A stretch of 64,000 bases of DNA from the human T2T-CHM13v2.0 reference genome, Homo sapiens, in assembly GCF_009914755.1 (NCBI RefSeq), contig NC_060927.1, one strand, 5' to 3'. Both the position numbers and the translations under genes were made by a program. How positions within the stretch are numbered: position 1 is the first letter of the stretch; each line of letters opens with the position of its first letter. A model generated the notes under the pieces. That model saw nothing but the letters and a program-made list of their open reading frames with translations. It searched no databases and was not told the DNA's origin. This document shows positions 1-15,240 of the stretch, one piece after another.

Positions 1-237
1 GCCATAGCTCTAGTCAGGCAGCCCTTTCCATATAGTGGAGTAACTGCTTCCGCTCCTTGCCCTTCAGGCCTAGAACGGTAATGACTCAATTATTACTAGC
101 TTCAGGGTGCACCACCATCCCTCATGGTTTCCCTAAACTTTGCTCACACATTTGTGAATAGTCTCTTTTTAAAACTCCACTCAAATTACCAAATTGGAGT
201 ATGCCATCTGTTTCCTGCCAGGACTGTGACTGATGCA
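1..237 (+). mobile_element. LTR33-like (ERVL) LTR, 3' part
   Basis: cccttcaggcctag...gccatctgtttcctgccaggactgtgactgatgca resembles the recalled LTR33 3' end; cut by the window edge. Confidence 0.65.
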
Positions 238-744
238 TTGGACATGTTTTGCTGCCCTAAATATATTCCAGCATCTCCATGCAGCACTACACAGTTTCTA
301 TAATAGACTTGACTGCCATCCTAAACTCTTCCCAACATGACTCAGATTTTAATGGAGGTAATTCACGATTTGATTTTTCATGTTTGGACAGCCTTCATAA
401 GGCAGATATGACATAATGAAAATAGTTTAGATGTGAACATTTAGCTTCTAGTAGGCAATGAATAAAAAGTCTATACAAAGAGCAGTGGTGGTAAATAGAA
501 TTAATATTCTGATTATAAAAAATTCTATTTAAATATAACAGCAACCTTTAGATCAAATCAATTATAGTCAGGTATTTCGCATCACGTTTAAAATGCCTCA
601 ACATATCAAGTAGAAATAAAATGAAGAGAAAAAGAACTTTACATTTTTGCTGAAGACATTTTTGATGTTTTCTATTTTGAAATAAAAAACGTAAATTTAT
701 TTTCATGTATTAAAAGACCTATCTCGTCCCCCCGGAAAGAAATA

Positions 745-824
745 TTAGGTTGGTGCAAAAGTTATTGCGGTTTTTGCCATTGAGAGTAATGGTAAAAACC
801 ACAATAACTTTTGCATCAATATAA
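745..824. mobile_element. MADE1 (Hsmar1-derived MITE), 80 bp
   Basis: ttaggttggtgcaaaagttattgcggtttttgccatt ... aatggtaaaaaccacaataacttttgcatcaatataa; long inverted repeats flanked by TA at 743-744 and 825-826. Confidence 0.95.
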
Positions 825-1220
825 TATATAAACTGTTTCCATCCTCCCTGTAGTGTTGAATACAAGTTAGAGTAGATGAAATACCACATACATATTTTGA
901 ATATCTTGGGGAAAATGTTGTTTTATTTCCACTGTGTTTTTACTGGAAACCTACAACATAATGACCATTTGACATCTGCCAAATAATCAAAGACACTATT
1001 TGGCTCACAGTGCCATTTCAGTTCCTTGTCTTAGCAGGGAAGAGGCTAAATGGCTAATGGGTCTTTTCTGTGTCTTCTGTGTATGTAATACATTCCTAGA
1101 ATAAAGCCATTGAAGTAATAGAATTCCTCTATGAAATTACTCACCTGAGGAGAACTGTTCATTCTAAATTTAGATTTTGATGAATATAGATATTTTAACT
1201 ATCAGATTCTGAATCATGAG

Positions 1221-1733
1221 TGTCAAGAACTACAAAGGGGTTGAAATTTTACCACATGTATGAGCTAATAATAAGTTAGCCTGTCACAGTTTCATGGTTG
1301 TTGACAGAAGACACAAGACTCCTGGGTCAGAGACAAAGGACATTATTACTCGTTGTGTAGCAGTCAGCATGGGCTTCATATTTGTGTCAGTTCTCCTTAC
1401 TCCTCAAGTCCCATGGGAACATGTGGAAGAGCCTGGGTGGATTCTACACAATCAATAAATTTGCATCGTAGCTAAAAAAAAAAAAACTCAGACTTTTAAC
1501 CCTGGTCTTTTCAAGGGACTGTTAGCAAACCTGCTCAACCTGAGGGAAACATTATCTTTCTTATCATGGACAGCAAAAAAAAAAAAAAAAAAAATCTGCC
1601 ACTATCTTCAAGACCGTCTGCTACACAAACATCTTCCAAAAGATATTTAATAATTTGAAACAAAGGATGTCAGTGCCTTTACTCAGAAGATGGGCAGACA
1701 CACAAAAGACCCATGCAGAATTATCTCCCAACA
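1221..1733 (-). mobile_element. MER89/MER90-like ERV1 solo LTR
   Basis: TG...CA ends (tgtcaagaac ... tctcccaaca), flanks atgag/attag, internal agactcctgggtcagagacaaaggac. Confidence 0.65.
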
Positions 1734-2289
1734 ATTAGGAGTAGCCTTGCCACCATCACAACTCATGAGTTTTCCCAGCAGAAGTATACTCTACAGCCTA
1801 CACAGGTAACTGAACTTCAGAGTTACACAACTTAGTAAGAGAACGATTGCTAGATTTCCTTTTTACATGTCTTTTAATAATTAAAAAAAATAAGATAGGT
1901 ATAATACAAGCACTTAGTATAAAAATAAAAGACTATTAAGAGTGTAGGCAGTGAAAAGTAGGTGTCTTTCCCCGTCTCCCAACCACCCAGTCTTTCTCCC
2001 CAGAGTAAACAAGCTTATTTTAAATGTCCTGGATATATATACTACTTATATATAAATGTTACATATGATATAGATTGTTGGGGTGGTGGTATGTGTATGT
2101 ATACTCATGTCTTCCCCCTACCTGAAATTCTTGTCCTACACATATCTCCACCCTCTAGAAGCAATTAATATTAAGGCAGGTGCAAAATCTAAAACAAGAA
2201 GCACTTAAGTTTCATCCAGTGCCTTTCGGAATTCTTGCATTTCTTCATTTATTCCCATCTGGTGACCATCCTGGAAGACTTAAGGATAG

Positions 2290-2690
2290 GTATATCATGA
2301 TCCTTGCCCTCACTGAGCTCACACCTGTGTTGGGGAGTAAGGCATCTACACACATAAATATAAGATAAAGAATGATTAGCACAGGCAATCAGAGGAGGGA
2401 TAAACTACTTGAAGCTAGAGGGCCTCGTGAGAGGATTGATGGCAGATGTGGTATGTGAGCTGGTCTGATGAAAGGAGATGTGGTCCTGTGGCATGTGTGA
2501 ATTAGGCAGCAGGTGGGAAGTGGAATAGTCAGGCATTCCAGGAAGAAGGAAGACATGAGCAGATGTATAGAGGCAGGAAAGCATGGTGTGGACTAAGGAC
2601 ACAAGGAGAAGTCCATGGAGCTGGGGCAGAAGGATGATGAGGAAAGGAGGGAGGGAGGGGTCATTGATGCAAAAGGGCCTCAAATGCAAT
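2290..2690 (-). mobile_element. L2 fragment
   Basis: ggcattccaggaagaaggaagacatgagcagatgtatagaggcaggaaagcatgg is the reverse complement of a typical L2 3' motif. Confidence 0.6.
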
Positions 2691-3190
2691 GTTACTGCCA
2701 GTTATGTCTTTCTTGGGAATATGTGCAGCAGCATGATCTTCTTTGGTCCTAATGCAAAAGAACAAGGATACTGAGCCCACATGTAACAGCCTACACATCA
2801 TTTAGGACACTCATAGCCGGAATCCATCTCTTCAAGCACAGACTGCAAAACATTCAGAGCTAAATTTGAGTACCAGAACCCTCTGTGATGTCAAATGCTA
2901 ATCGTCTGAACTCTGGGTCACCATGAACAACACTTCAAGTCCTCGTTCATGTATCCTAGACTTAAACAAAAATCCCTCCATCTGGCCATATAACCTATAG
3001 ATGTTACACTGACTGCTATTCAAGTATTCTCTAGTAAACACAAGTTCATGGCTGAAGATGAATTGTGACTTTTATAAAGTAAATATAGTCCTTTATCTAT
3101 GTGATGAAATAGACAATGGTAATGTTTTAAAGGTCTTTGACTTAATCTGACATTATAGTTTTGGTTTCTTTAGTTCGTATAATCTGGTAA

Positions 3191-3497
<307 letters not shown>

Positions 3498-3634
3498 CAG
3501 CTCTGATATCTTCTCTTTGAGTGGTCCAATGTGTCAGACGTTAGCATTTTTATATGGTGAATTCTTATATGGTGAATCCTTAACAAACAAGTAAAAAAAA
3601 CAAAAAAAAACAAAAAAAACCCAAAAAACAGAGT

Positions 3635-4043
3635 TGTCCTAGTGTAGGTTTCCCCGGAAGCAGACCCTGAAACAAAGATTCAAGTGCAAGCTGTTTATTT
3701 GAAGGGAGAGCCTAGGAGACATAGGTAGGGGAGTGAAGAAGAGAGATGGAAAGGAAGGCAGCCAGTGAAGGGTATGTTGTCAAGAAGGCTGCTGCTGTGG
3801 TTGACTCCAGCAACCAGCATAGGAGACACCTGCACATCAGTGTCAGTGAGGGAGCTGGTTGAGGACTGCTGGCCAAGGGAGGTTAATTTTTCTGGCACTT
3901 CTGGTGGCCATTTCTGTGAGTAGCAAGGACTCCTGCCACCAGAACAGCCCTCAGGTAAGGAGATGCACACACTGGCAGTTGACATCAGGTTAGCTGGAGA
4001 GTCCAGGGAGGATAACAGGGGGCCTCTGGCAGCATCTGCTACA
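3635..4043 (-). mobile_element. LTR16-family (ERVL) solo LTR
   Basis: tgtcctagtgtaggtttccccggaagcagaccctgaaacaaagattcaagtgcaag ... agcatctgctaca; TG/CA ends. Confidence 0.7.
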
Positions 4044-4460
4044 AAGGTCATTTCAGGGCCGAGAGAGTCTTTTGGCTCATATTTCACATTCACAAGTTTT
4101 AAGTTGAAACACCATCTCTGAGGGTACAGAAGTAGTTACAGAGCTATACAGAGAGGATTGAAAGAAGACATCCTTCAAAACAACTTTAAACTTGTGTCTC
4201 ATTAACAGACCACAGTAGTAATAATTATACACAATGAATTTAATATTTCTCACAAATCCTTTATCTTGTAATTTGTACAATATATTGTCATATATTTTTG
4301 TGTTTAATAGACGTTCTTTGTTAAATGTGGATGTTGAAAGTATCTAGCATTTAAATTTGTTGTAAACCTGAATTGATATTTCTTTATTTTTTAAAATATA
4401 TTGGGAGTCTCAAAAACTGAAAAACACCTGGTCTCTGTCACCACTAAAAAGGCCCCATTT

Positions 4461-4764
4461 AGCCTGGTGCAGTGGCTCAGGCCTATAATCCCAGCACTTT
4501 GGGAGGCCAAGGCGAGTGGATCCTTGAGCCCTGGAATTCAAAACCAGCCTGGGCAAAATGATGAGACTCTGTCTCCACAAATAAATAAATAAAAGTTAGC
4601 CAGGCAGACGTGGTGGTGCATGCCTGCAGTCCCCGCTAGCAGGAAGGCTGTGGTGGGAGGATCAATTGAGCCTGGGAGGTGGAAGCTGAAGTGAGCTGTG
4701 TTTGCACCACTGCACTCCAGCCTGGGTGACAGAGTGAGACCCTGTCTCAAAAAAACAAACAAAA
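4461..4764 (+). mobile_element. AluJ
   Basis: Alu dimer with J-type gagcctgggaggtggaagctgaagtgagc. Confidence 0.9.
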
Positions 4765-5075
4765 AGCTGGGCGCGGTGGCTCACACCTGTAATTCCAGCA
4801 CTTTGGGAGGCCAAGGTGGGCAGATCACCTGAGGTCAGGAGTTCAAGACCAGCCTGGCCAACATGGTGAAACCCGGTCTCTACTAAAAATACAAAAATTA
4901 GCTGGGCTTGGGGGCGCATGCCTGTAATCCCAGCCACTCGGGAGATTGAGGCAAGAGGATCACTTGAACCTGGGAAGCGGAGGCTGCAAATGAGCCGAGA
5001 TGGCGCCACTGCACTCCAGCCTGGGCAACAGAGCGAGACTCCATCTCAAAACAAACAAACAAACAAACAAACAAA
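4765..5075 (+). mobile_element. AluS inserted in the A-tail of the preceding AluJ, (CAAA)n tail
   Basis: Full Alu dimer; the gccccattt/gccccaatt flanks enclose both Alus. Confidence 0.92.
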
Positions 5076-6384
5076 CGCCCCAATTAAAAACAATAGCATC
5101 ACGGAGAATTAGGACCAAAATTTAGAAGAAGAATAAAACAGCCCAAGAGACAGCGTCAGGGCATTTTTTTTTTTCACCTACTAGATAAAGAAGCAGTAGG
5201 GCAGTGCACATCGTTCCTGTGCAGAGCTATTTCTTCTTGAGCTTCACAGCACTTTGTGTACAGAAATGAAGAATGATGCCCAGAAACTCCACTTTGTAGA
5301 ACTAAGCAGATTGAGCCAGTTGATCCAGGAACCTCTCTCAAATCTTGCTTTTTATCTTTTGTCTTAAAGAAAACAAATTATGAGGCAAAAAGTAACCATT
5401 GTTGGAGGATAAATCAGAAAGTTGTCATTTTCCCTTTTAGAACTAGTGGGATTTACTACCTGTTCTGAATACAGTATAAGAATATAATGGGCAGCAATGA
5501 ATGAGTAATCATAAAAATATCCAAAGCAGAATTCCATCGAGTTTTAAAAATTGTTTCCTTCATAAAGCATAAAGGAAATGTGCATATTTATCTTCAAATA
5601 CAAGCAGATTAAATTGAGATACGTCGTTTAATTGAACTATAAGTTAAAAATTCTTAATGAGATCATCTTGTGAAAACCTAAACTCTACATTATTCCTCCT
5701 GAAAATCTGCCTTCTCCAGACAGAAATGTATAAATGGTCATTGACTAACCAGGCTATAAACTGCTCATTTGTAAGGATAACCTTCGAACTTGCATTACAA
5801 TTGAAGAGATGAATAATTTTCACAAGTAAGAAATAGATATTTTTGTTGAAATTATGCAATTTATATTAATCCTCTTGATCACAATTTACAAAAAGTTAAG
5901 AAGAGAAGCTTTTTTGAGATGTTTTTATGGTGTTAATAAAAATAATACAAATTGGAAATTTTGTATTATAATTACCCCTATTAAAGCATGTGTCATTTCA
6001 CTGGGATTTTTAGTCTTCAGAATCAAGCAATAAATGCATATAATGTTGGCTATTCAGTCTGCTCAATGGGATATAGATGGGATATTGTGACAAATCTTTT
6101 TTCTACCTATTTGTGAAAAATGAAATGTTTAGTAAGTATTTTTTAAAGGGTAAAAATACTTTAACTCACAAGTAGCCAGAGAGCAGCTAGAGGTTTGTGA
6201 AACGGTGGTCAAGGGCCTGATTCCCAGCACTCACTGGGTAGGAAGTTACACACCTGCTGTACAGCGAGACAAGTCGTTGCCACAGGAGTTTGCAGTTGCA
6301 CCACAGCGCCATCAAGTGAAGGGGTGAGAAAGGTGACTCTCAACAATTATTAATACTCAAGGTAGGTACCACTCCTGTTGAACA

Positions 6385-6874
6385 TATTGCTCCCAGATAT
6401 AGCAGCCTAAAAACCACAGAGTCATTATGTCACTCAGTTTCTGACAGGAATGTGGGAGTGGCTTAGCTGAGTGGTTCTGGCTCAGAATTGATCCTGAGGT
6501 TGTGGTCAAGATGTCACCTGCAGTCATCTGAAGGCTTGACTCAGGCTGGAGGGTCTGCCTCTAAGGTGGCTCCCTCACATGACTGCAGGCAGTCTCAGTT
6601 CCCCACCAGATAGATCTCTCCACCAGGCTGCTCACCCGTCCTCAGGACATGGCATGGGCTTCCTGCAGAGGGAGGGCTCAGAGAGAGAGAGCGAGCAAGC
6701 AGGAAGCTGTAATACCTGGGAATCACCTACTCTCCAAAGTCACACACCATCATTTCTGTGTTGTTCTAGTTGTTAGAAGCACATCACTAGGTCCAGCCCA
6801 CATTCCAGGGGAGAGGAATTAGCCTTCATCTTTTGAAAGGGGCGTCAAAGAATTTCACATTTTAAGTCATCGCA
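6385..6874 (-). mobile_element. MLT1 (F/G-like) MaLR LTR
   Basis: ggcttagctgagtggttctggctcag, gcagtcatctgaaggcttgac, ggtccagcccacattccaggggagaggaattag. Confidence 0.75.
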
Positions 6875-7061
6875 GTGCAGCCAGCCCAGAGATCAGATGA
6901 CTCAGCCAGTTTGCCCTCACTAGATCTAGAGGGCTCCCGTCCACACCCTTGCTAGGTGTTTACAGTGCATTTCTAGCACTAATGTTTAAGACATAGATCC
7001 AAATGCCACACAACTAAAATAAGTTGAAGAATCAATTTGTGATGAAAATACAGACAATTCT

Positions 7062-7407
<346 letters not shown>

Positions 7408-8949
7408 TTAGAAAGTAGGACCTGGCACAATAGTATACTTTCAGATATGAGCCTGTTTGGATGGCACCCCAGTTCATTCAGAGAATGTCTCCAGCATTAT
7501 TTTGTCTTAGCACAACCAGCTGAACTCACTGGAGTGTCGCTAGCCTAAGCAAGCCTAGTCCTGAGAGTCGGGGTTGCAGAAGATGTATGTTAGGGTGAAA
7601 GTGGGGTGGTAAAGGAAGAGGACACAGAGTAGGTCTGAAAACAGTGTTCTGGACAATCATTCCAAAATGAACCACTCTACAAAGCTTTACTTGAAGGATT
7701 GATATTTAAACACATCAGTCATTAGATGTCTTTATATTTAATGGGTTTCAATTTCACAAGACCTCTCATTGCTGGTTGTGTGCTTTGAGGGAACAGGGAA
7801 GAAAAGGTTAAAAAATATACCCCCAGCTTATAATGTGGAAAGAGTTTACTTGAAGCTGCACCACTCAACCAAGTCCATTCTGTTGTTTCTAAACCAACAA
7901 AAAGCATGGTGAAGAGAAGGCATCTGGTGGATATTGGCTGAATTTTTTTAAAAACAACTGGCTAGCAGGGCAAAGCATCAACCCTGGCCAGTGGAGAACT
8001 TGCCATCTTTGCCTGGCACTACTTCATTCCACTCCTCCCTGACCCCAGTCAGCAGGTACTCCTTCCTCCCAGGCCTTTGCACAGGAATCATGCAAACTGG
8101 AACCCATCCCATGCACTAAAAAGATTCTGGAAGTTTCATTTCTAATGTTCCTATTTTCTCACCATGTAGCAAAAAAGCAGAAGAGCACACACTCCCAAAT
8201 AAAATGGTGAATTCTTTTACTAGCAGTATTCTACTGAACAGAACTCTTTTAAAATGCATTTTTCCATTGCCACATTACAGTGATAATTAATATTCATAAT
8301 AATGACCTTGAAGGTCTCTCAGAGTCTGAGGAACCTAATGAATAATTAAGAGAATGAAATGGTTTTCAATAAGATTTCATGCTTAGTGCTTTTTGTATTC
8401 TAATACTTTTGATAGATTGTCATGGTTGATTGTCTAATTCCCCAGTCATGCGAGTAAACAGAGAATTTAATGTGTTTCAAGGGGACTTCCATGGTAAGTT
8501 ATTTGCAAGCATATTAAACCAAAATCTGAAGTGCATTAAAAATCCTCAGCCAACGCTAGCATACACGCAGGCTGCCACATGAATTGCAGCTATAGGGAGC
8601 TATGGCTAGCTGGAACCACTCAGAATCCATCCTTTTCCTTCTAGATAGAAAAAGAAAATAATTATTGGAACTAAGGATAATTATACATAAAATTATATAC
8701 CAAAATATTGTTCTTATAGTTGAGGATTCATTTGTTGCTCTTATTCATTGTCATATGTTTAAAGAATTTGACACAAGATTGATATCAAAAAATTATCTGG
8801 ATTGGGGGTTCCTTTCCTATTCCTGGTGCCACTTCATGCTGTAATAAACTCTCACTCTTGTTTCTTTCTTGTTACCCCTGTTATGGTAGACATATCACTC
8901 TACTTGGAGAAAATTCCAAATCACTGTTTACAGTAGAAGAAAAATCCAA

Positions 8950-9080
8950 TACCTATATTCGGCAGTTGAAAGACCAAGATCCCAAAAGGTGATATGACTT
9001 ATACAAAGCTACATAGCAAGTTAGTTATAGAGCCCAGTGAGAACCTGTGTTTCCCAACTCCCAAGCAAAGGCCTTTGTGC
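8950..9080 (-). mobile_element. MIR fragment
   Basis: aaggtgatatgacttatacaaagctacatagcaagttagt resembles the antisense MIR core. Confidence 0.5.
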
Positions 9081-10581
9081 AACATCCATTGCCACACCAA
9101 AGCCAATAACTGCTAATGAAAGTTCTCCACCCATTGCAGCCACGGAAACTGAAAAAACTACTGAGAAATGTTATTTCAACAAATGCATTTGACTTATAAG
9201 GTTGAAGTACCATATATTCTATTGAAAATGTCTGAATTGAAAGGATTTAAGTCACTTTAAGCAGAAAATTAGAGCACACATGGCACTGTCTATTTTTAGG
9301 ATCTCTGAGTCTCAGGCACAGGCATTTTAGTAATTTAGATCTTTACATGAGTGCTCCTCCAAGTTTTGTTTCATCTTCAGAATGGAGGCCATGTCATCAA
9401 GCGAGTGTGGGAAGCTTGAGCTCATTCTACAGGAGGTTATGCCAGGTGCAGGAAAAGGGATTGCTTGGTGTAATAATTAGATCCTTACCACCTACCCACC
9501 CACCCACATACAGACATACACAGATACACACACACAGCTGAGCCATTTGAAAATAAACTGTAGACTCATGCCATTTCATTGCTAAATATTTCAACATGCA
9601 TTTCCTAATAAGGACATTCTCCTTACTGGTGAGAAATGATATTTCGATGCCAAGATCAAGGGGCAAGGTATGTTAATTGACACAAGGGTATCATTGCTTC
9701 AAAGCCCTTTCAGTGAACAGATCCAGGAATGACAAATACACTTTTAAAAGGTTATTTAATGTGAATTTCTCAATGCAAATTTAACCTTACAGTGTTTTAT
9801 TTTAAGTTCTTTGACTTAATAGTTGTTTTTGCCTCTCTTTTCTGTTACACTGAAAGTTTTGGTTTGTAATAATATAGTGTTTCTTTCCTCCTAATTCAGA
9901 ATTGTACACTTGTTTTCTCCTAGTTCAGAATTATAATACTATATAAATAATAAATTACTGACTGAAATTTAAGATTTCCTTCTATTCATTTATCCTTAGA
10001 TCAAATCCATTATGAGTGTATAATTAAAGTACTGAAATAATTCTGTTCTTTGTATAGCTGTGGTTGCCACATTTGAAATAAAGTTAAGCTCATTGGTCCC
10101 AATTGTTTTCCATTTTAGGATTTTACTTTTGTCTTTTTTATTTGAATTTTTTAAATATATAAAACATTTATGTGGTCCCAAAGTTAAAAAATACACGAAA
10201 AGGTAACCAAACCCACAGAAGTTTCACTCCTAACCCTCTCCCTTCACTTCATTCCCCCCACCTCCTATAGGTAATTATTTTTATTGCTTCTTTTTGCAAA
10301 TATAGGCGAATACCTAAATATATTCTTATTCCTCCTTTTTCCCCCTTACACACAAAATATAGCATACTATACTAACTTTTTAAATCTAAAAATATATTCT
10401 GGAGATTGTTTCAATTCACAGACATTTTTTTTTTTCTGTGTTTTATGATGCCTGGTCGCCAATTCATGTATGTACTGCAGTTTATTTACAGCCTCTCTTG
10501 TTGGTGGATGTTTAGATTATTTCTAATCTTTTGCTACTGCAAACAATGTTGTGTTACATAACCTTGTGCAAATGTTACTGA

Positions 10582-10910
<329 letters not shown>

Positions 10911-11257
10911 GAGATGTATTTTCAAGGTAGATTCCTAGAAACGAGATTGCTGGGTGAAAGGTTAGCACATATGTAATTTTGCTCAATTTTGCCAAATCCC
11001 CATCCATAGGGTTTGTTCCATTTTGCATTTCCACTCTCAGTAGAGTATGTTATAAAATGTTTGGATCCAGAAGAATTCTAATTTGCATTTCTCTTATTGT
11101 AAGGGAAATTGGGCGTCATTTCATATGTGTAGGGAGTGACTTGCATTTCTTTTCGCTCTGTTCTCACATTTCTCTCTTTTCATGACTTTTGCCCATATTT
11201 TTATGCAATTTTGGAGCTTATCCATTGTTAAAAGCTTTTCATGTACTTGTCCTCATC

Positions 11258-11554
11258 TTTTCTTTTTTTTTTTTTTTTTTTAGATGGAGTCTCGCTCTGT
11301 CGCCTAGGCTGGAGTGCAGTGGCGCAATCTCGGCTCACTGCAAGCTCTGCCTCCTGGGTTCACACCATTCTCCTGCCTCAGCCTCCTGAGTAGCTCGGAC
11401 TACAGGCACCCGCCACCACGCCCAGCTAATTTTTTTGTATTTTTAGTAGAGACGGGGTTTCACTGTGTTAGCCAGGATGGTCTCAATCTCCTAACCTCAT
11501 GATCCGCCCGCCTTGATCTCCCAAAGTGCTGGGATTACATGCGTGAGCCACCGC
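11258..11554 (-). mobile_element. AluY-like
   Basis: gcaagctctgcctcctgggttcacaccattc; poly-T. Confidence 0.92.
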
Positions 11555-12199
11555 TGAGATAACTTGAAATTGGTCTCTCCTGGTCTGTCATTTGTTTTTT
11601 GACCTTGCTTCTTGTATTTTGTTTGTTTTAGGTAGTAAAGTTCACCAATCTTTCCCTGATTTTTTTGTTTGTTTGTTTGTTTGTTTGTTTTTGCTGAATG
11701 TTGAAAAGGCTTTCCGTGTCCCCAGGTTATAAAGTAATTCACCTGTGCCAAACCTCCTTGATTGCACATTGTATATTTGGATCTCTGGTCCATTTGGGAT
11801 TTATTTTAGTGTGAGGTTTAGATTCACTCCATCCTTTTTCAGGTGGCTTTCTATTTGTCCCAACACTATGTATTTAAAAGCCCAGTTTTTCCTCAGGAAA
11901 TAACTTGATTTAGTTTTAGACTTTAACTTGCTGTAATGCAGCACACAGAGACAAAGAAGCAAACATGGGGGTGGGAGGGTGAGAAATGAGATCAAGGAGT
12001 AGACTTGGTTACTCTGCCATAGAGTAGAACTGCTCCCTCCCTCCCTGGAACAGAGAGGAACAATGCACGCACAGTGTGTCTGTGCTGTCCTCCACTGGCC
12101 TCTCCAGATCCAAGATCTGGCCTACCTGGCCTGCTCTCCTCCACAAGGCTCACCTCTGTGGATGACATCACTCAGTAGCCTTGCCCCTGGCTTTTGATT

Positions 12200-12558
12200 G
12201 GGTTTACTCTGATGGGGGACTGTCACACTGCCAGGAGATCTGAGCACAAGATAAGAGAAACTGGATTCCCTTTGGCAGGTGCTGCAGTGTGCTCTCCATA
12301 ACCACCTCTTCAATGGGTCAGCCACCCTTCTGGTTGCAGCTCTTGCTGACTTCTGATAGGCCCTTCCTCCCACTTGCCCTTCAGGCCTGGGCGGTAACAC
12401 CTTCCCATTGGTGCTGGCACCCTGGGTGTTTCACTGCCCTCAGTTGCTTCCTCAACCTGTCTGCACCTCTGTAAAGAGGCCCTCTTGAACCCTTTTCAGG
12501 TATGCCTTCTTGTTCATTGAGTGTGCAGCCTGTGTCCTGCCAGAACCTGGCTGATACC
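12200..12558 (+). mobile_element. LTR33-like LTR fragment
   Basis: gcccttcaggcctgggcggtaac ... tcctgccagaacctggctgatac; same family as 1-237; 5' boundary uncertain. Confidence 0.55.
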
Positions 12559-12814
12559 AACGACATCACAAATACATACCAATCCATCTGTCAAAAAGGT
12601 AGGCAATATGGCTGTACTCCACCAATCCTAAATTTAAAAATTTACAAAGCCAATAAACAGTCAAGGAGGCCACATCTCATTTAGAGATCTACAGTGATTC
12701 AACTTGATTATTCATTATTTATCTTGATTATCCTCCTTATTCACTATGCAAGGCTCTGGTCTAATTTGTGGTTGGCTTCAGAAAGCAAACGCATCTCAAA
12801 GATTTAAGGTTGAA

Positions 12815-13083
12815 ATCCCAGCACTTTGGGAGGCTGAGGTGGGCGGAGCACAAGGTCAAGAGATTGAGACCATCCTGGCCAACATGGTGAAACCCCACCT
12901 CTACTAAAAATACAAAAATTAGCTAGGCATGGTAGTAGGTGCCTGTAATCCCAGCTACTCAGGAGACTGAGGCAGGAGACTCGCTTGAACTCAGGAGGCA
13001 GAGGTTGTAGTGAGCTGAGATCGTGCCACTGCACTCCAGCCTGGCGACAGAGTGAGACTCCGTCTCAAAAAAAAAAAAAAAAA
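12815..13083 (+). mobile_element. 5'-truncated AluS
   Basis: Starts at atcccagcactttggg; TSD atttaaggttgaa. Confidence 0.95.
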
Positions 13084-13297
13084 ATTTAAGGTTGAACTCC
13101 TCCTAGGGATATTAAAGAGAATATTCTCTGCCTCTGAAGACAATTCCACTAAAAACATTTCTAAAATATTTCAAGCTAGTATTCTTTCTGAAGTGATTGC
13201 TTTGAAGTCGGACATGTGCATGTGCAGGCTGTGCTATGTTTGCTTAAAATAAAATAAAAAATAACCCTGCTCCCATTACTCCCAGTCAAGCCCCTAG

Positions 13298-13714
<417 letters not shown>

Positions 13715-14109
13715 TAGTGGAAAACGTCTGTGGGAAGTTTCTTATTTTTCTGCAGAGTCATGTTCAAAGTTATAGATTAGCTTGTTTTAGTATGTAAATT
13801 TTAGTTGTTTTACTCTGATACAATGTGAAAACAAAAGATTCGAGGAGTTCTAATTCCCATGCTTCTAAGAGGGGACTCTTTCCACTTCCCTATTTTGAGC
13901 AGGGATGATGAGGAGGAGGGAGAGTAGACCAAGGGCACACTTCTGCCTGCTACCTGTCCTGATCCTTGTATATGCTCATTGTAACAGCATGTGTGGCTGA
14001 GATTGTGAATTCGTCTTTGAGTTAGAGAACTAAGATAACAAATTTATGGTGGAAGGAGCCTTAGAAGACAGAGCCATGGTTATGGTCATGCTGAGTCAGT
14101 AGTCTCTAC

Positions 14110-14388
14110 TTTTTGTTTGTTTGTTTTTGAGACGGAGTCTTGCTCTGATGCCCAGGCTGGAGTGCAGTGGTGCAATCCTGACTCACTGCAACTTCCACCT
14201 CAGCCTCCTGAGTGGCTGGGATTACACGTGCCTGCCACCACACCACGCCCAGTTAATTTTTGTATTTTAGTAGAGACAAGGTTTCACCATGTTGGCCAAG
14301 CTGGTCTTGAACTCCTGACCTCAGGTGATCTGCCTGCCTCAGCCTCCCAAAATGCTGGGATTACAGGTGTGAGCCACCACACCTGGCC
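14110..14388 (-). mobile_element. AluS with a small internal deletion
   Basis: Antisense Alu; acctcaggtgatctgcc. Confidence 0.9.
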
Positions 14389-14679
14389 TCTTCTTTCTTT
14401 ACATAGACTCATATGACTGTTTACTTCTAGTTCGGTTCTAAAATGAGAAATTTGTGCTGGTCACACAAACTGTCCCTTTCAAGTATTATGGAGTCATCCC
14501 TGAAGGTGGGGGTACAACATCTGGAAGGTAAAGACTGGCTTGTTGTGAAAAGCGGGAAAGAAAAGCACCCTCCCTTCCCAAAGAAGAAAATTCTCTTCGA
14601 CCTTCCAACTGTTAAGGTCTGGAAGTCTGCCATTGGAGTATGATTCCTTTGATTTATGGGTCCAGTCCAGAAGACTGGA

Positions 14680-14726
14680 TGTATTAGTGTGGATTCTTCA
14701 AAGAACCAGAACCAAAAAGATATGTG

Positions 14727-14779
<53 letters not shown>

Positions 14780-15240
14780 TCTATACCCATAGATAAATAG
14801 ATAGATAAGAGATTTATTATGGGAATTGATTCACATGATTATGGAGGGTGAGAAATCTCATGATCTGCTGTCTGCAAGTTGGAGAATTAGGAAAGCCAGT
14901 GGTGTGTGTTGGGGAGTTGGGGGAGCGCTGGTATAAGCCCCAGAGTCTGAAGGCTTGAGAACCTGGGGCTTAGATGTCCGAGGGCAGAAGATGGCTGTCT
15001 CAGCTCCAGAAGAGAGAGTGAATTCACCCTCCTCCCACAGTTTTATTCTCTCTAGGCCCTCAACGGCTTGGGTGATGCCCACACACCTTGGTGAGAGCAA
15101 ATTCCTCTCTACTCAGACTACTGATTCAAATGTTAATCTCTTCTGGAAACATCCTCTCAGGCACACCCAGAAATAATGTTTAACCAGCTTTCTGGATATC
15201 CTTTAACCCAGTGAAGTTAAGACATAAAATTAACCATCAT
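14680..15240 (-). mobile_element. MLT2 (B-like) ERVL LTR
   Basis: gagatttattatgggaattgattcacatgattatggag ... acataaaattaaccatca. Confidence 0.85.
14733..14777. repeat. (TG)n microsatellite, about 22 units
   Basis: Pure TG run inside the MLT2 LTR. Confidence 0.95.

Noticed and set aside
3695-4093. 132-aa minus-strand ORF
   Set aside because: Lies almost wholly in an LTR16-family LTR, has a non-ATG first codon, and shows no protein similarity I recognise
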